From NCBI GenBank assembly GCA_016192545.1, contig JACPTX010000028.1, positions 8,686 through 72,685 of the forward strand: 64,000 bases of DNA, read 5' to 3'. Positions 1-9,173 of this stretch are shown here, piece by piece (the first letter of the stretch is position 1; each line of letters starts with the position of its first letter). The translations under genes and the position numbers were made by a program. Under the pieces are notes generated by a model, which was not told where the DNA came from, did no database searches, and worked only from the letters and a program-made list of their open reading frames with translations. The DNA comes from Candidatus Omnitrophota bacterium (GTDB taxonomy: Bacteria; Omnitrophota; Gorgyraeia; Aquiviventales; Aquiviventaceae).

Positions 1-1013
1 CCCACGCCGGCTGGCGCCGGACCTACCAGATGCTGGAGCCGAACACGGTCGGCGTCGGCGGCGTCCACTACGCGCCCGCCGCCTGCTCCATCGTCCTGGA
101 CGTCCTCGGCGACGTGCTGGAGCGCGCGTTTCCAGGCCATGTCATGGCCCCGACCCCGGACCCCCGCCAGTTGCTGCTCGAGGAGCTGGTCAGCGTCGCG
201 GGGCGGCTGGGGCGGCGCCTGCGCGGAGTCGCCCTCATCGAAAACACCGACTACACCACCGGCACGGATGAGTTCGGCAGCCTCGCCCGCTACCTCAGGG
301 GGCAGGGGCTCAAGGCCACGGTCACCGACCCCCGCCACGTCCGCCGGACAAACGGCCGCCTGACGGCCGATGGGATTGAGGTGGACCTGGTCTACCGGGA
401 CTGCGAGCTCAGCGAGTTCGTGGAAATCGAGGACGCCGGGCACCGGCTCACCGCCATGCGCCAGGCGGTGCGGGAGGGGCGGCTCGTCTCCGGCCTCATG
501 TGGGAATTCGACCAGAAGGCGAGCTGGGAGCTGTTCACCGACGCGCGCTGGGCGCGGCACTTCACGCCGGTCCAGCAGCGGCTGTTCCGGAAGCATCTGC
601 CCTGGACGCGGATGGTGCGGGAGGCGTCCGTGACGGACCCTGCGGGGCGGCGCGTGGATCTGCCGGCGTACATCCGCCGCCGCAAGGATGCGCTCGTCCT
701 GAAACCCAACAGCCTCTACGGCGGGCAGGGAGTCGTCGTGGGACGGACCGTCAACCAGGCGTCCTGGGAGCGGACGCTGGCCAAGGCCCTGAGGAGAGGC
801 AGCGAGCGCTACGTGGTCCAGCGCCTCGCCCCCATCGCGGCGCACCGCTTCCCGGTGCTGGACGGCGGCTCGCCCCATGAGGTCGAGCGGCGCGTCGTGT
901 CCGGATTCTTCCTGAATTCGACCGGCGTGGGCCTGGTGGGGCGCTTCTCCGAGGACCCGGTCGTCAACGTCTCCCGCGGCGGCGGCCTCCTCCCCGCCCT
1001 CGTCGTGCACTGA
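1..1013 (+). CDS. Circularly permuted ATP-grasp / glutathionylspermidine-synthase-like ligase (5' partial)
   Basis: Frame open from the window edge; LEPNT, DLVYRD, LVLKPNSLYGGQGV, YVVQ and C-terminal VVNVSRGGG motifs typical of CP-ATP-grasp ligases. Confidence 0.7.
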   Translation, partial: HAGWRRTYQMLEPNTVGVGGVHYAPAACSIVLDVLGDVLERAFPGHVMAPTPDPRQLLLEELVSVAGRLGRRLRGVALIENTDYTTGTDEFGSLARYLRGQGLKATVTDPRHVRRTNGRLTADGIEVDLVYRDCELSEFVEIEDAGHRLTAMRQAVREGRLVSGLMWEFDQKASWELFTDARWARHFTPVQQRLFRKHLPWTRMVREASVTDPAGRRVDLPAYIRRRKDALVLKPNSLYGGQGVVVGRTVNQASWERTLAKALRRGSERYVVQRLAPIAAHRFPVLDGGSPHEVERRVVSGFFLNSTGVGLVGRFSEDPVVNVSRGGGLLPALVVH

Positions 1014-1049
1014 TGGCCGAACGGATCGTCTGAGACCTGGAGACGCCGC

Positions 1050-1391
1050 ATGATGATCGTTCGGGATGTGCTGACGCGTGACGAGCTCAAGCGCATGGCC
1101 GCCGGGACGTTCGGCGACCTCGTGAAAGCGGTGGTGGACGTGGAGCGGGAGCTGGTCGCAGTGGACGCCGAGCTCCATGCGGATTTGGAGGCCGCGCTGC
1201 TTGAGGACGGGTCCGAGCAGAGGAACCTGTGGGGCGTCAATCTGTATCCGGACGCCCCGGCGGAGCAGTTCGTCGAGTTCGACTCCCTGATCAACATGCG
1301 GCCGTCTCAAGGGAATCGCAGCCGCGGCGTGGAGGATGAGGCGGTGCGGAGGAGCATTCTCACGGTCATCCAGCGGCGGATCCAGCGATGA
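1050..1391 (+). CDS. DUF5674-like hypothetical protein
   Basis: KAVVDV..HADLE..LL..GS...LWG.NLYP..EFDSLIN.RP.QGNRSRGVED pattern recalled for DUF5674; GGAG RBS. Confidence 0.7.
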   Translation: MMIVRDVLTRDELKRMAAGTFGDLVKAVVDVERELVAVDAELHADLEAALLEDGSEQRNLWGVNLYPDAPAEQFVEFDSLINMRPSQGNRSRGVEDEAVRRSILTVIQRRIQR

Positions 1392-1720
1392 CCTACCGGC
1401 ATCGAGCGCTTGCCGCCGGGCGTTGGAGGGCCTTCGCCTTCGTGGAGCAGATGGCCAACGTCGGCGGCGAAGTCGAGCGAATGCTGAACTGGCGCGCGAG
1501 GCAGCAGCCGGCTCACGCTGAGCAGGCCTTTGAGCGCGCCCTGGAATTGCTCGATCTCACGCTGGTTGCGGCGCGCAGCGGGCCGCGCCTCAAAGAAGTC
1601 GCCCGCGTCAGGGAAGCGCTCGTGGATTACTGGGCCGGCGCGAACGGCTCCGCCTCCACGGACGCGTCATGGAGGCGCTACTTTTTGCCTTTTGCCTACG
1701 CCGCCCGCAGGACGCGGTAG
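1388..1720 (+). CDS. Conserved small helical hypothetical protein, coupled to DUF5674 gene
   Basis: ATGA overlap with upstream stop; EQMANVGGEVER / ERALELLDLT motifs. Confidence 0.7.
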   Translation: MTYRHRALAAGRWRAFAFVEQMANVGGEVERMLNWRARQQPAHAEQAFERALELLDLTLVAARSGPRLKEVARVREALVDYWAGANGSASTDASWRRYFLPFAYAARRTR

Positions 1721-1738
1721 GCCCACGCGGGAGAGACA

Positions 1739-2560
1739 ATGGGTGAGAGGATTGTGCTGGATTTGGAGACGCAGAGGGAGTTCAGCGAAGTCGAGGGGCG
1801 GAAGATGGAGCTCCTCGGCGTGTCGCTCGTGGGCATCTACCGCTACGGGACCGACCGCTACGAGGCCTACCTCGAGTCCGAGCTGAAGCAGCTCGAGCCG
1901 CTCCTCCAGCAGGCGGAGCTGGTCATCGGGTTCAACATCCGGCGCTTCGACCTGCCGGTGCTCTCGCCCTACCTCTCATTTCCCATTGCGGACATCCCGG
2001 TGCTGGACATCATCGAAGACGTGGTGAAGCATCTCGGCCACCGCGTCAGTCTCGAAAGTTTGGCGCAGGCGACCTTGGGGCGGGGCAAGAGCGGCAGCGG
2101 GCTCGACGCGCTGAAATGGTTCAAGGAAGGGCGGTTCGATCTGATTAAGCAGTACTGCCTCGACGACGTGAAGCTGACCAAGGAGCTGTACGACTACGGC
2201 CGCGCCAACGGCCGGCTGTTCGCGACCAGCCGGTTCAGCGACGAGAAGCTCCAGATTCCGGTCTTCTGGCCCGAGCGCAAGCGCGACATGGGGACGATCG
2301 CGAAGCTGCTGCGCGAGGCGTTCGACAAGCGCCTGCAGGTCGAGATCGAATACCTGTCGGCCAGCGTCCAGAGCGGGGAATCGCCCCAGCGCGTCCGCCG
2401 CGTGGACGTCTACCACATCCGCGAGCCGTATTTCGAGGGCTACTGCCACTTCCGCAAGGACCTCCGCCAGTTCCGCATTGACCGCATCCTCGACGCCAAG
2501 CCCACCTGGCAGCGCTACACGATCCCCGCCGACTACATCCCCGCCGCCGTTCCCGAATGA
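1739..2560 (+). CDS. RNase H-like (DEDD, YprB/MrfB-like) exonuclease fused to a C-terminal WYL domain
   Basis: LDLETQ (ExoI), GFNIRRFD (ExoII), YCLDDV (ExoIII); C-terminal VEIEY..R.VDVY..YFEGYCHFRKDLRQFRIDRI is WYL-like. Confidence 0.8.
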   Translation: MGERIVLDLETQREFSEVEGRKMELLGVSLVGIYRYGTDRYEAYLESELKQLEPLLQQAELVIGFNIRRFDLPVLSPYLSFPIADIPVLDIIEDVVKHLGHRVSLESLAQATLGRGKSGSGLDALKWFKEGRFDLIKQYCLDDVKLTKELYDYGRANGRLFATSRFSDEKLQIPVFWPERKRDMGTIAKLLREAFDKRLQVEIEYLSASVQSGESPQRVRRVDVYHIREPYFEGYCHFRKDLRQFRIDRILDAKPTWQRYTIPADYIPAAVPE

Positions 2561-3309
2561 AGGTCGTGATTCTCGGCAGCGGGACCGGGGTGCCGGTGAA
2601 GGAGCGCGGCTGCGCCGGCCTCTACGTCCGGATCGGGGGCGAGCACGTCCTGTTGGATGCCGGGCCCGGGACGCTCAGGCAGCTCGTCCGTCTGGGCGTG
2701 ACCTATCTCGACCTTGACCGCATCTTCCTCACGCACTTTCATCCGGACCACTGCCTTGATCTCGTGTCGATCCTCTTTGCGATGCGGATCCCCCGCCCCC
2801 CGCGCACCAAGCCGCTGGTCATCTACGGCCCGCGCGGCCTGCGGCAGTTGTACCGCCGGCTCAACACCGCTTTTGGCGGCTGGATCGCGCCGCGGACCTA
2901 CCGGCTGGCGTTCAAGGAGCTGCGCGGCCACACCACGTTGCGGCTCGGTGGCTACACCGTGCGGACCGCGCCCATGCGCCATTCGCCCGGGGCGCTGGGC
3001 TACCGGCTGGAGCATCGGGGCAGGGCGGTGGCGTACTCCGGCGACACGGATGTCTGCGAGGGGATTGTGCGGCTCGGCCGCCGGGCGGACCTCTTGATTC
3101 TGGAATGCTCCATGACGGATGAGCGGAAGGTGGCCGGACACCTGACGCCGAGCGACTGCGGGCGGATCGCGGCGCAGGCCGGCTGCCGCCATCTGGTCCT
3201 GACGCATTTCTACCCGGTCTTCAAGGGCTACGACATCCCCGGCCGGGTCCGCCGCGCGTTCCGGGGCCGGCTGACGCTCGCGAGAGACCTTGCCAAGTTT
3301 TCGATCTGA
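2557..3309 (+). CDS. MBL-fold metallohydrolase, RNase Z/BN-like
   Basis: ILGSGTG, LLDAGPG, THFHPDH, YSGDT, GHLT, LVLTHFYP motifs. Confidence 0.85.
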   Translation: MKVVILGSGTGVPVKERGCAGLYVRIGGEHVLLDAGPGTLRQLVRLGVTYLDLDRIFLTHFHPDHCLDLVSILFAMRIPRPPRTKPLVIYGPRGLRQLYRRLNTAFGGWIAPRTYRLAFKELRGHTTLRLGGYTVRTAPMRHSPGALGYRLEHRGRAVAYSGDTDVCEGIVRLGRRADLLILECSMTDERKVAGHLTPSDCGRIAAQAGCRHLVLTHFYPVFKGYDIPGRVRRAFRGRLTLARDLAKFSI

Positions 3310-3317
3310 CCTATAAT

Positions 3318-3350
3318 AGGGGTCTGACCCCTCAAAGGGGTCTGACCCCT
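3318..3350. repeat. Tandem pair of AGGGGTCTGACCCCT palindromes (REP-like)
   Basis: Two exact copies at 3318-3332 and 3336-3350; a further copy at 45313-45327. Confidence 0.85.
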
Positions 3351-3373
3351 AACAACAACCAGGAGGGTCGAGC

Positions 3374-4156
3374 ATGGGGACATGGCAGATCGTCGGGACC
3401 GCGTGGAGATCGGCCCGCAAAGCCCTGAAGGTGGTCGGGTTCGTCGCGCTGATCCAGCTGGTCCTGGGGCTGTGCGCCCTGCCGCTGGTGGGGAACGATC
3501 CGCAGCCGACCGGTCCGCAGGCGCTGGGGGTGCTGGCTCTGGTGCTGGTCCAATTTTTCCTCCTGCCGCTGATTCAGGGCGGGTGCCTGTCGTTCGCCAA
3601 TGCGACCTTGATCCAGCCGCCCGCGCCGTTTGAGAGTTTCACCCAGGGCGCGAAGCGGATCTACCTCCGCCTCCTGGGGTTTGAGGCGCTGACGCTGGTC
3701 GCGGTGCTGCTGCTGGCGATCCTCGCGGTGGTCTTGTTCGGGCTGGCCTCGCTGCCGGAAGACAACCCCGCGCTGGGGGTGGCGCTGACGGTCCTCGCCG
3801 CCGCGCCGGTCGGGCTGGGGCTGTATCTGCTGTTCCTCATCGTGACCCTGACCCCGCCCGCCATTGCCGCCGAGCCCCTGCGGGTCTTCGCCGCGATCAA
3901 GAAGAGCCTGAAGATCGGGCGCGCCGCGCTGGGCAAGCTCATGCTCCTGACGCTGGCGCTCGGGCTGACGCTCATTCCCGCGATCCTGGTGCCGTGGATC
4001 CCCACCATCGTGCAAGGCGGCGTCGCGCCGGGCCTCGGCACCACGCTGCTGTCGCTGGTCCTCCAGAGCGCGGTCGGGGCGCTGTCCATGCTGCTCTTCG
4101 CCGTCGCCTACGTCCAGCTCTACCGCCAGCGCGCCAACCTCACCTTCGCCCGCTAG
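3374..4156 (+). CDS. Multi-pass membrane protein of unknown function
   Basis: About 6 hydrophobic segments; AGGAGG RBS. Confidence 0.75.
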   Translation: MGTWQIVGTAWRSARKALKVVGFVALIQLVLGLCALPLVGNDPQPTGPQALGVLALVLVQFFLLPLIQGGCLSFANATLIQPPAPFESFTQGAKRIYLRLLGFEALTLVAVLLLAILAVVLFGLASLPEDNPALGVALTVLAAAPVGLGLYLLFLIVTLTPPAIAAEPLRVFAAIKKSLKIGRAALGKLMLLTLALGLTLIPAILVPWIPTIVQGGVAPGLGTTLLSLVLQSAVGALSMLLFAVAYVQLYRQRANLTFAR

Positions 4157-4173
4157 GCAAGGAGGATGCTCAC

Positions 4174-5028
4174 ATGAACGTGCTGAAGACCGGATTCTTG
4201 CTGGCGCTCTTGACGGTGCTCCTGGTGTTCCTGGGGCACCTGATGGGCGGGGCCCAGGGGGCGACCTTCGCGTTTGCCTTCGCCCTGGTGATGAACTTCA
4301 TCGCCTACTGGTTCAGCGACAAGATCGTCCTGGCGATGTACCGCGCCAAGCCCCTCGGCGAGGCGGACGCCCCGGCCGTGTATCGGGCGGTGCGCGAGAT
4401 CGCCGCGCGCACCCACATGCCCATGCCGAAGCTCTACTGGATTCCAACCGCCACCCCGAACGCGTTTGCGACCGGCCGCAGCCCCAAGCACGCGGCTGTC
4501 GCCGTCACGTCCGGGCTCTTGGACATCATGGGCGAGGAGGAGCTGAAAGGGGTGCTGGCGCATGAGCTGTCGCACGTGAGAAATCGCGACACGCTCGTCA
4601 TGACGCTGGCCGCGGCGATCGCCGGCGCGATCATGTACCTGGCCCGGATGGCGCAGTGGGCCATGTGGTTCGGCGGCGGCAACCGGGAGCGGAACCGCGG
4701 CTCCGGGGCGCTGCAGCTCGTCGTGCTCCTGCTCATTGCGATTCTCGCCCCGATCGCCGCGATGCTGATCCAATTGGCGATCTCGCGCACGCGCGAATAC
4801 GGCGCGGATGAGACCGGCGCGCGCCTGACCGGCAACCCGTACGGCCTGGCGGATGCGCTGGAGAAGCTGCACCAGGCCGCGCGCGCCCATCCGCTGCCGA
4901 ACGCGAACCCCGCGACGGCGCACCTGTTCATCGTGAATCCCCTGTCGGCCGGCGCGATCGCCAATCTCTTCTCGACGCATCCGCCGGTCGAGGAGCGCGT
5001 CCGCCGCCTGCGCCACATGCGCCTGTAG
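4174..5028 (+). CDS. htpX: Zinc metalloprotease HtpX (M48)
   Basis: PNAFATGR, HELSH, AISRTREYGAD, FSTHPP; AAGGAGG RBS before ATG 4174. Confidence 0.95.
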   Translation: MNVLKTGFLLALLTVLLVFLGHLMGGAQGATFAFAFALVMNFIAYWFSDKIVLAMYRAKPLGEADAPAVYRAVREIAARTHMPMPKLYWIPTATPNAFATGRSPKHAAVAVTSGLLDIMGEEELKGVLAHELSHVRNRDTLVMTLAAAIAGAIMYLARMAQWAMWFGGGNRERNRGSGALQLVVLLLIAILAPIAAMLIQLAISRTREYGADETGARLTGNPYGLADALEKLHQAARAHPLPNANPATAHLFIVNPLSAGAIANLFSTHPPVEERVRRLRHMRL

Positions 5029-5035
5029 GCCTGCG

Positions 5036-5455
5036 ATGCACCGCCTCCTGGCCGTCGTCCTCGCCGTGGCGGCGGCGTCGCCGGCGTGGGCGCAGGGCGT
5101 CAACATCTCCGCCACGGTCGACCAGACCCGCGTCGACGTCGGCGCGCAGCTCACGCTTACGATCACGATCGAAGGGGCATTCACGAACGTCAACCTCAAG
5201 CCGATCGAATTCCCGCAGGCTTTCCACGTGGTCGCCCAGAGCCGTTCCTCGAACATCTCGCTGGAGGTCGGCGGCGTCAAGCGCTCGGTGAGCCTGCTCT
5301 ACGTCTTGATGGCCACCGAGCCGGGGACCTTCCAGCTGGGGCCGTTTCAGATCATGCATCACGACACGCCGCTGGCGACCGACCCCATCGAGATCACGGT
5401 CAACAAATCCGCCCTGCCTCCCAAGCTGCGAAAACAGGAGCGGTATCTCCTCTAA
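5036..5455 (+). CDS. Secreted BatD-like single Ig-fold protein
   Basis: Signal peptide (AWA), ISATVD..V.VG..LTLTITI, PGTFQLGP. Confidence 0.6.
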   Translation: MHRLLAVVLAVAAASPAWAQGVNISATVDQTRVDVGAQLTLTITIEGAFTNVNLKPIEFPQAFHVVAQSRSSNISLEVGGVKRSVSLLYVLMATEPGTFQLGPFQIMHHDTPLATDPIEITVNKSALPPKLRKQERYLL

Positions 5456-5488
5456 CCCCCCACCGGTAGGGGGAATTCCTCGTCGGAG

Positions 5489-5604
5489 ACTCAAGATCTG
5501 GTAGTTTTGCTTCATTTTTCGCTTGACAGGCCCCCCAGGACTGACCACAATGGGTGGTGTTTGTCTCCGGATTGATTCACAAGGGCTTGGGTTTTTGGTA
5601 TAAT
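5489..5604 (+). promoter_or_regulatory. nrdJ promoter region: two sigma70-like promoters and possible NrdR boxes
   Basis: TTGACA(5523)-N17-CACAAT and TTCACA(5576)-N17-TATAAT with TG extension; degenerate NrdR-box-like 16-mers at 5489 and 5545. Confidence 0.5.
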
Positions 5605-5642
5605 GATAAGGGAAAGTGGAAACGGGGAGGGGGGAGAAGAGG

Positions 5643-8321
5643 ATGGCTGAGCAGGTGAAGGCGCTTCCCGAGGAGAAGGCCAACGGACAGACGGCGCGGG
5701 GGGGCTTGTCCATCCCTCGCCGCTGGAGCCGCCCCGGTATTCATCCATTCGATGAGATCACCTGGGAATTGCGCACCGCCGCCATCACGAACGAGAAGGG
5801 CGAGGTGGTCTTCGAGCAGAAGGGCGTGGAGGTCCCGAACTTCTGGTCGCAGCTCGCCACCAACGTCGTCGTGTCGAAATACTTCCGCGGCGCGCTGAAC
5901 ACCCCCCAGCGGGAGCGCAGCGTCAAGCAGCTCGTGTCCCGCGTCGCCGACACCATCGCCGGCTGGGGCCTGAAGGACGGCTATTTCGCCACGCCCGAAG
6001 ACGCCGAGACCTTCCGCGCCGAGCTGTCCTACCTCCTCGTCAACCAGTACGCCTCCTTCAACTCGCCGGTGTGGTTCAATGTCGGCATCGAAAAAGAGCG
6101 AGCCCCTCAGTGCAGTGCTTGCTTTATCCTTTCGGTTGAAGACAATATGAACTCCATCCTCGAGTGGTACCGCAACGAGGGGATGATCTTCAAGTACGGC
6201 TCCGGCTCGGGCCTCAACGTCTCGCCCATCCGCTCCTCGCGCGAGAAGCTCGCCGGTGGCGGCACCGCGTCCGGCCCGGTCTCGTTCATGAAAGCGGCCG
6301 ACGCCTCCGCCGGCGTCATCAAGTCCGGCGGAAAAACCAGAAGGGCCGCAAAAATGGTGGTGATGAACGCCGACCACCCGGACATCAAGCCCTTCATCAT
6401 GTGCAAGTGGAAGGAGGAAGAGAAGGCCCACAAGCTCATCGACATCGGTTACGACGCCTCCATTGACGGCGAGGCCTACTCCTCGGTCTTTTTCCAGAAC
6501 GCGAACAACTCGGTCCGCGTGACGGACGACTTCATGAGGCGCGCGCTCGACGACGAGGAGTGGAACCTGCACGCGGTGACCACGGGCGAGATCATGGAGC
6601 GCGTCAAGGCGCGCGACCTCCTGCGCCTCATCGCCGAGGCCGCGTGGCACTGCGGCGACCCCGGCATGCAGTTCGACACGACCATCAACGACTGGCACAC
6701 CTGCCCCAACACCAACCTCGCCTCCATCAACCTCCTGAAGTTCCTCGATGACGAGGGCAACTTCCTGATCGAGCCGTTCAAGTACGCGGTCCAGATCATG
6801 ATCCTCGCGCAGGACATCGTCGTGGACAACTCCTCCTACCCGACGCAGAAGATCGCGGCCAACGCCCATGCCTACCGCGAGCTGGGCCTGGGATTCGCGA
6901 ACCTCGGCGCGCTGCTGATGTCCCTCGGGATCTCCTATGACTCGGACGCCGGGCGCGCCTGGGCCGGGGCGATCACCGCGCTCATGTGCGGCCACGCCTA
7001 CGAAATTTCCAACCGCATTGCGGAGCACCTCGGGCCCTACGAGGGCTTCGCCCGGAATCGGGAGCCGCAGCTCCGCATCCTGCGCAAGCACCGCGCGCAG
7101 GTGGACAAGATCAACCCGCGGCTCGTGCCGCAGCCGCTCCTGTCCGCGTCGGCGCGCGTGTGGGACGAGTCCATCAAACTCGGCGAGCAGTTCGGCGTGC
7201 GCAACTCGCAGGTCACGGTCATCGCCCCGACCGGCACGATCGCGTTCATGATGGACTGCGACACGACGGGCATCGAGCCGGACATCGCGCTCATCAAGTA
7301 CAAGCGGCTCGTCGGCGGCGGGATGCTGAAGATCGTCAACCAGACCGTCTCGAAGGCGTTGCACGTGCTGGGCTACGGGCCTGAGCAGATCGACGAGATT
7401 CTGAAGCACCTCGATGAGAAAGAAACCATCGAGGGCGCCCCGCACCTCAAGCCTGAGCACCTGTCGGTCTTCGACTGCGCCTTCAAGGCCGTCAACGGCA
7501 CGCGCTTCATCCACTACATGGGCCACGTGCGCATGATGGGGGCGGTGCAGCCGTTCATCAGCGGGGCCATCAGCAAGACGGTCAACCTGCCGGAGTCGGC
7601 GAGCGTCGAGGAGATCGCGCAGGCGTACATCGAGTCCTGGAAGCTGGGCCTGAAGGCCGTGGCGGTCTACCGCGACGGCTCCAAGCGCGTCCAGCCGCTC
7701 TCGACCGGCAAGGGCGAGGGCAAGGGCAGGGCGCAGGCGCCGGTCGGCGAGCCGTACCGCCGCCGCCTGCCGGATGAGCGCGACGCGGTCATCCACAAGT
7801 TCTCCCTCGGCGGGCACGAGGGCTACATCACCATCGGCATGTACGAAGACGGCTCGCCCGGCGAGATCTTCATCGTGATGTCGAAGGAGGGCTCGACCCT
7901 CTCCGGCGTGATGGACTCCTTCGCCACCGCGGTGTCGCTCGCCCTGCAGTACGGGGTGCCGCTCAAGGTGCTCATCGACAAGTTCTCGCATGTGCGCTTC
8001 GAGCCCTCGGGCGTGACGAACAACCCAGACATCCGCTTCGCGAAGTCGGTGGTCGACTACATCTTCCGCTGGATGGCGCTGAAGTTCCTCCCGAAGGAGG
8101 AGGCGCAGGAGTTTGCGGTCACAGAAGGGCCGAAAGCCGCGGCGTCCACGGCGGCCCAGCCCTCAACAGGCAACGGGAGCAATCCGCTTGAGCGGCACGA
8201 GAAGCAGACCTTCGTCGCGCAGGCGGATGCTCCCGTCTGTGTGGACTGCGGCTCGCTGATGGTCCGCAACGGCAACTGCTACAAGTGCCTCAACTGCGGG
8301 ACGACCTCAGGGTGTTCGTGA
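5643..8321 (+). CDS. nrdJ: Class II (B12-dependent) ribonucleotide reductase; catalytic NPCSE segment missing in this sequence
   Basis: FNSPVWFN, QCSACFI, KSGGKTRRAAKM, IAPTGTI, SGAISKTVN, YRDGSK, TSCPD domain and C-terminal Zn ribbon; reads TCPNT-NLASIN at ~6713. Confidence 0.92.
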   Translation: MAEQVKALPEEKANGQTARGGLSIPRRWSRPGIHPFDEITWELRTAAITNEKGEVVFEQKGVEVPNFWSQLATNVVVSKYFRGALNTPQRERSVKQLVSRVADTIAGWGLKDGYFATPEDAETFRAELSYLLVNQYASFNSPVWFNVGIEKERAPQCSACFILSVEDNMNSILEWYRNEGMIFKYGSGSGLNVSPIRSSREKLAGGGTASGPVSFMKAADASAGVIKSGGKTRRAAKMVVMNADHPDIKPFIMCKWKEEEKAHKLIDIGYDASIDGEAYSSVFFQNANNSVRVTDDFMRRALDDEEWNLHAVTTGEIMERVKARDLLRLIAEAAWHCGDPGMQFDTTINDWHTCPNTNLASINLLKFLDDEGNFLIEPFKYAVQIMILAQDIVVDNSSYPTQKIAANAHAYRELGLGFANLGALLMSLGISYDSDAGRAWAGAITALMCGHAYEISNRIAEHLGPYEGFARNREPQLRILRKHRAQVDKINPRLVPQPLLSASARVWDESIKLGEQFGVRNSQVTVIAPTGTIAFMMDCDTTGIEPDIALIKYKRLVGGGMLKIVNQTVSKALHVLGYGPEQIDEILKHLDEKETIEGAPHLKPEHLSVFDCAFKAVNGTRFIHYMGHVRMMGAVQPFISGAISKTVNLPESASVEEIAQAYIESWKLGLKAVAVYRDGSKRVQPLSTGKGEGKGRAQAPVGEPYRRRLPDERDAVIHKFSLGGHEGYITIGMYEDGSPGEIFIVMSKEGSTLSGVMDSFATAVSLALQYGVPLKVLIDKFSHVRFEPSGVTNNPDIRFAKSVVDYIFRWMALKFLPKEEAQEFAVTEGPKAAASTAAQPSTGNGSNPLERHEKQTFVAQADAPVCVDCGSLMVRNGNCYKCLNCGTTSGCS

Positions 8322-8572
8322 TGAGCGCGCTGCACGCGGATCTGACGAAGAAGTGCAAGCGGTTCGTGCTGTCGCACTGGGGGGAGGACGGGCTGGAGCA
8401 GGTGCAGGAGCGGCCGGTGACGTGGGCGCTCTACCAGGCGAACCCGCACCTGAAGCTCCTCCGGCGCAAGCACAAGCACCTGCCGCTCATCACCATCCAG
8501 GGCGGGGCCAACCGCATCCGCCTGGCCCTCTCAACCGAAAGGAGCACGGATGGATCGCTACGTGGACGCTGA
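8321..8572 (+). CDS. Small basic hypothetical protein
   Basis: ATG overlaps nrdJ stop (TGATG); GC3-rich codon usage; overlaps dcd start. Confidence 0.6.
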   Translation: MSALHADLTKKCKRFVLSHWGEDGLEQVQERPVTWALYQANPHLKLLRRKHKHLPLITIQGGANRIRLALSTERSTDGSLRGR

Positions 8573-9173
8573 AACCAGGCCGGTGAACTCGCCGCATCCC
8601 GAGCACATCAAGTCCATGGGGCGCCTGCTGGTGGACTGGGAGATCCGTGAGTACGCCAAAAAGTACCGGATGCTCGAGCCGTTCGAGGAGAGCCTCAAGC
8701 GGGAAGGCGTGATTTCCTACGGCCTGTCCTCGATGGGCTACGACATCCGCGTGACGGACGAGTTCAAGATCTTCACGAACATCAAGCAGGCGGTAGTGGA
8801 CCCCAAGCAGTTCAGCCCCGACTCGTTCATCGACTTCAAGGGCCCGGTCTGCGTCATTCCGCCCAATTCCTTCACGTTGGCGCGCTCGGTCGAGTACTTC
8901 CGCCTGCCGCGCTCGGTCATGGGCATCTGCCTCGGCAAATCCAGCTACGCCCGCTGCGGGATCGTCGTGAACATCACGCCGCTGGAGCCGGAGTGGGAAG
9001 GGCACCTGACCATCGAGATTTCGAACACCACGCCGCTGCCCGCGCGCATCTACTCGCACGAGGGCATCGCCCAGGTGCTGTTCTTCGAGGCCGGCTCGCT
9101 GCCCGAGGTCTCCTACGCCGACCGCAAGGGCAAGTACCAGGCCCAGCAGGGCATCACCTTGCCCCGCGTGTAA
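8550..9173 (+). CDS. dcd: dCTP deaminase
   Basis: [39 protein letters not shown]. Confidence 0.95.
   Translation: MDRYVDAETRPVNSPHPEHIKSMGRLLVDWEIREYAKKYRMLEPFEESLKREGVISYGLSSMGYDIRVTDEFKIFTNIKQAVVDPKQFSPDSFIDFKGPVCVIPPNSFTLARSVEYFRLPRSVMGICLGKSSYARCGIVVNITPLEPEWEGHLTIEISNTTPLPARIYSHEGIAQVLFFEAGSLPEVSYADRKGKYQAQQGITLPRV

Noticed and set aside
5643-8321. Intein or intron at the nrdJ active site
   Set aside because: The anomaly is missing sequence, not an insertion; no splicing motifs
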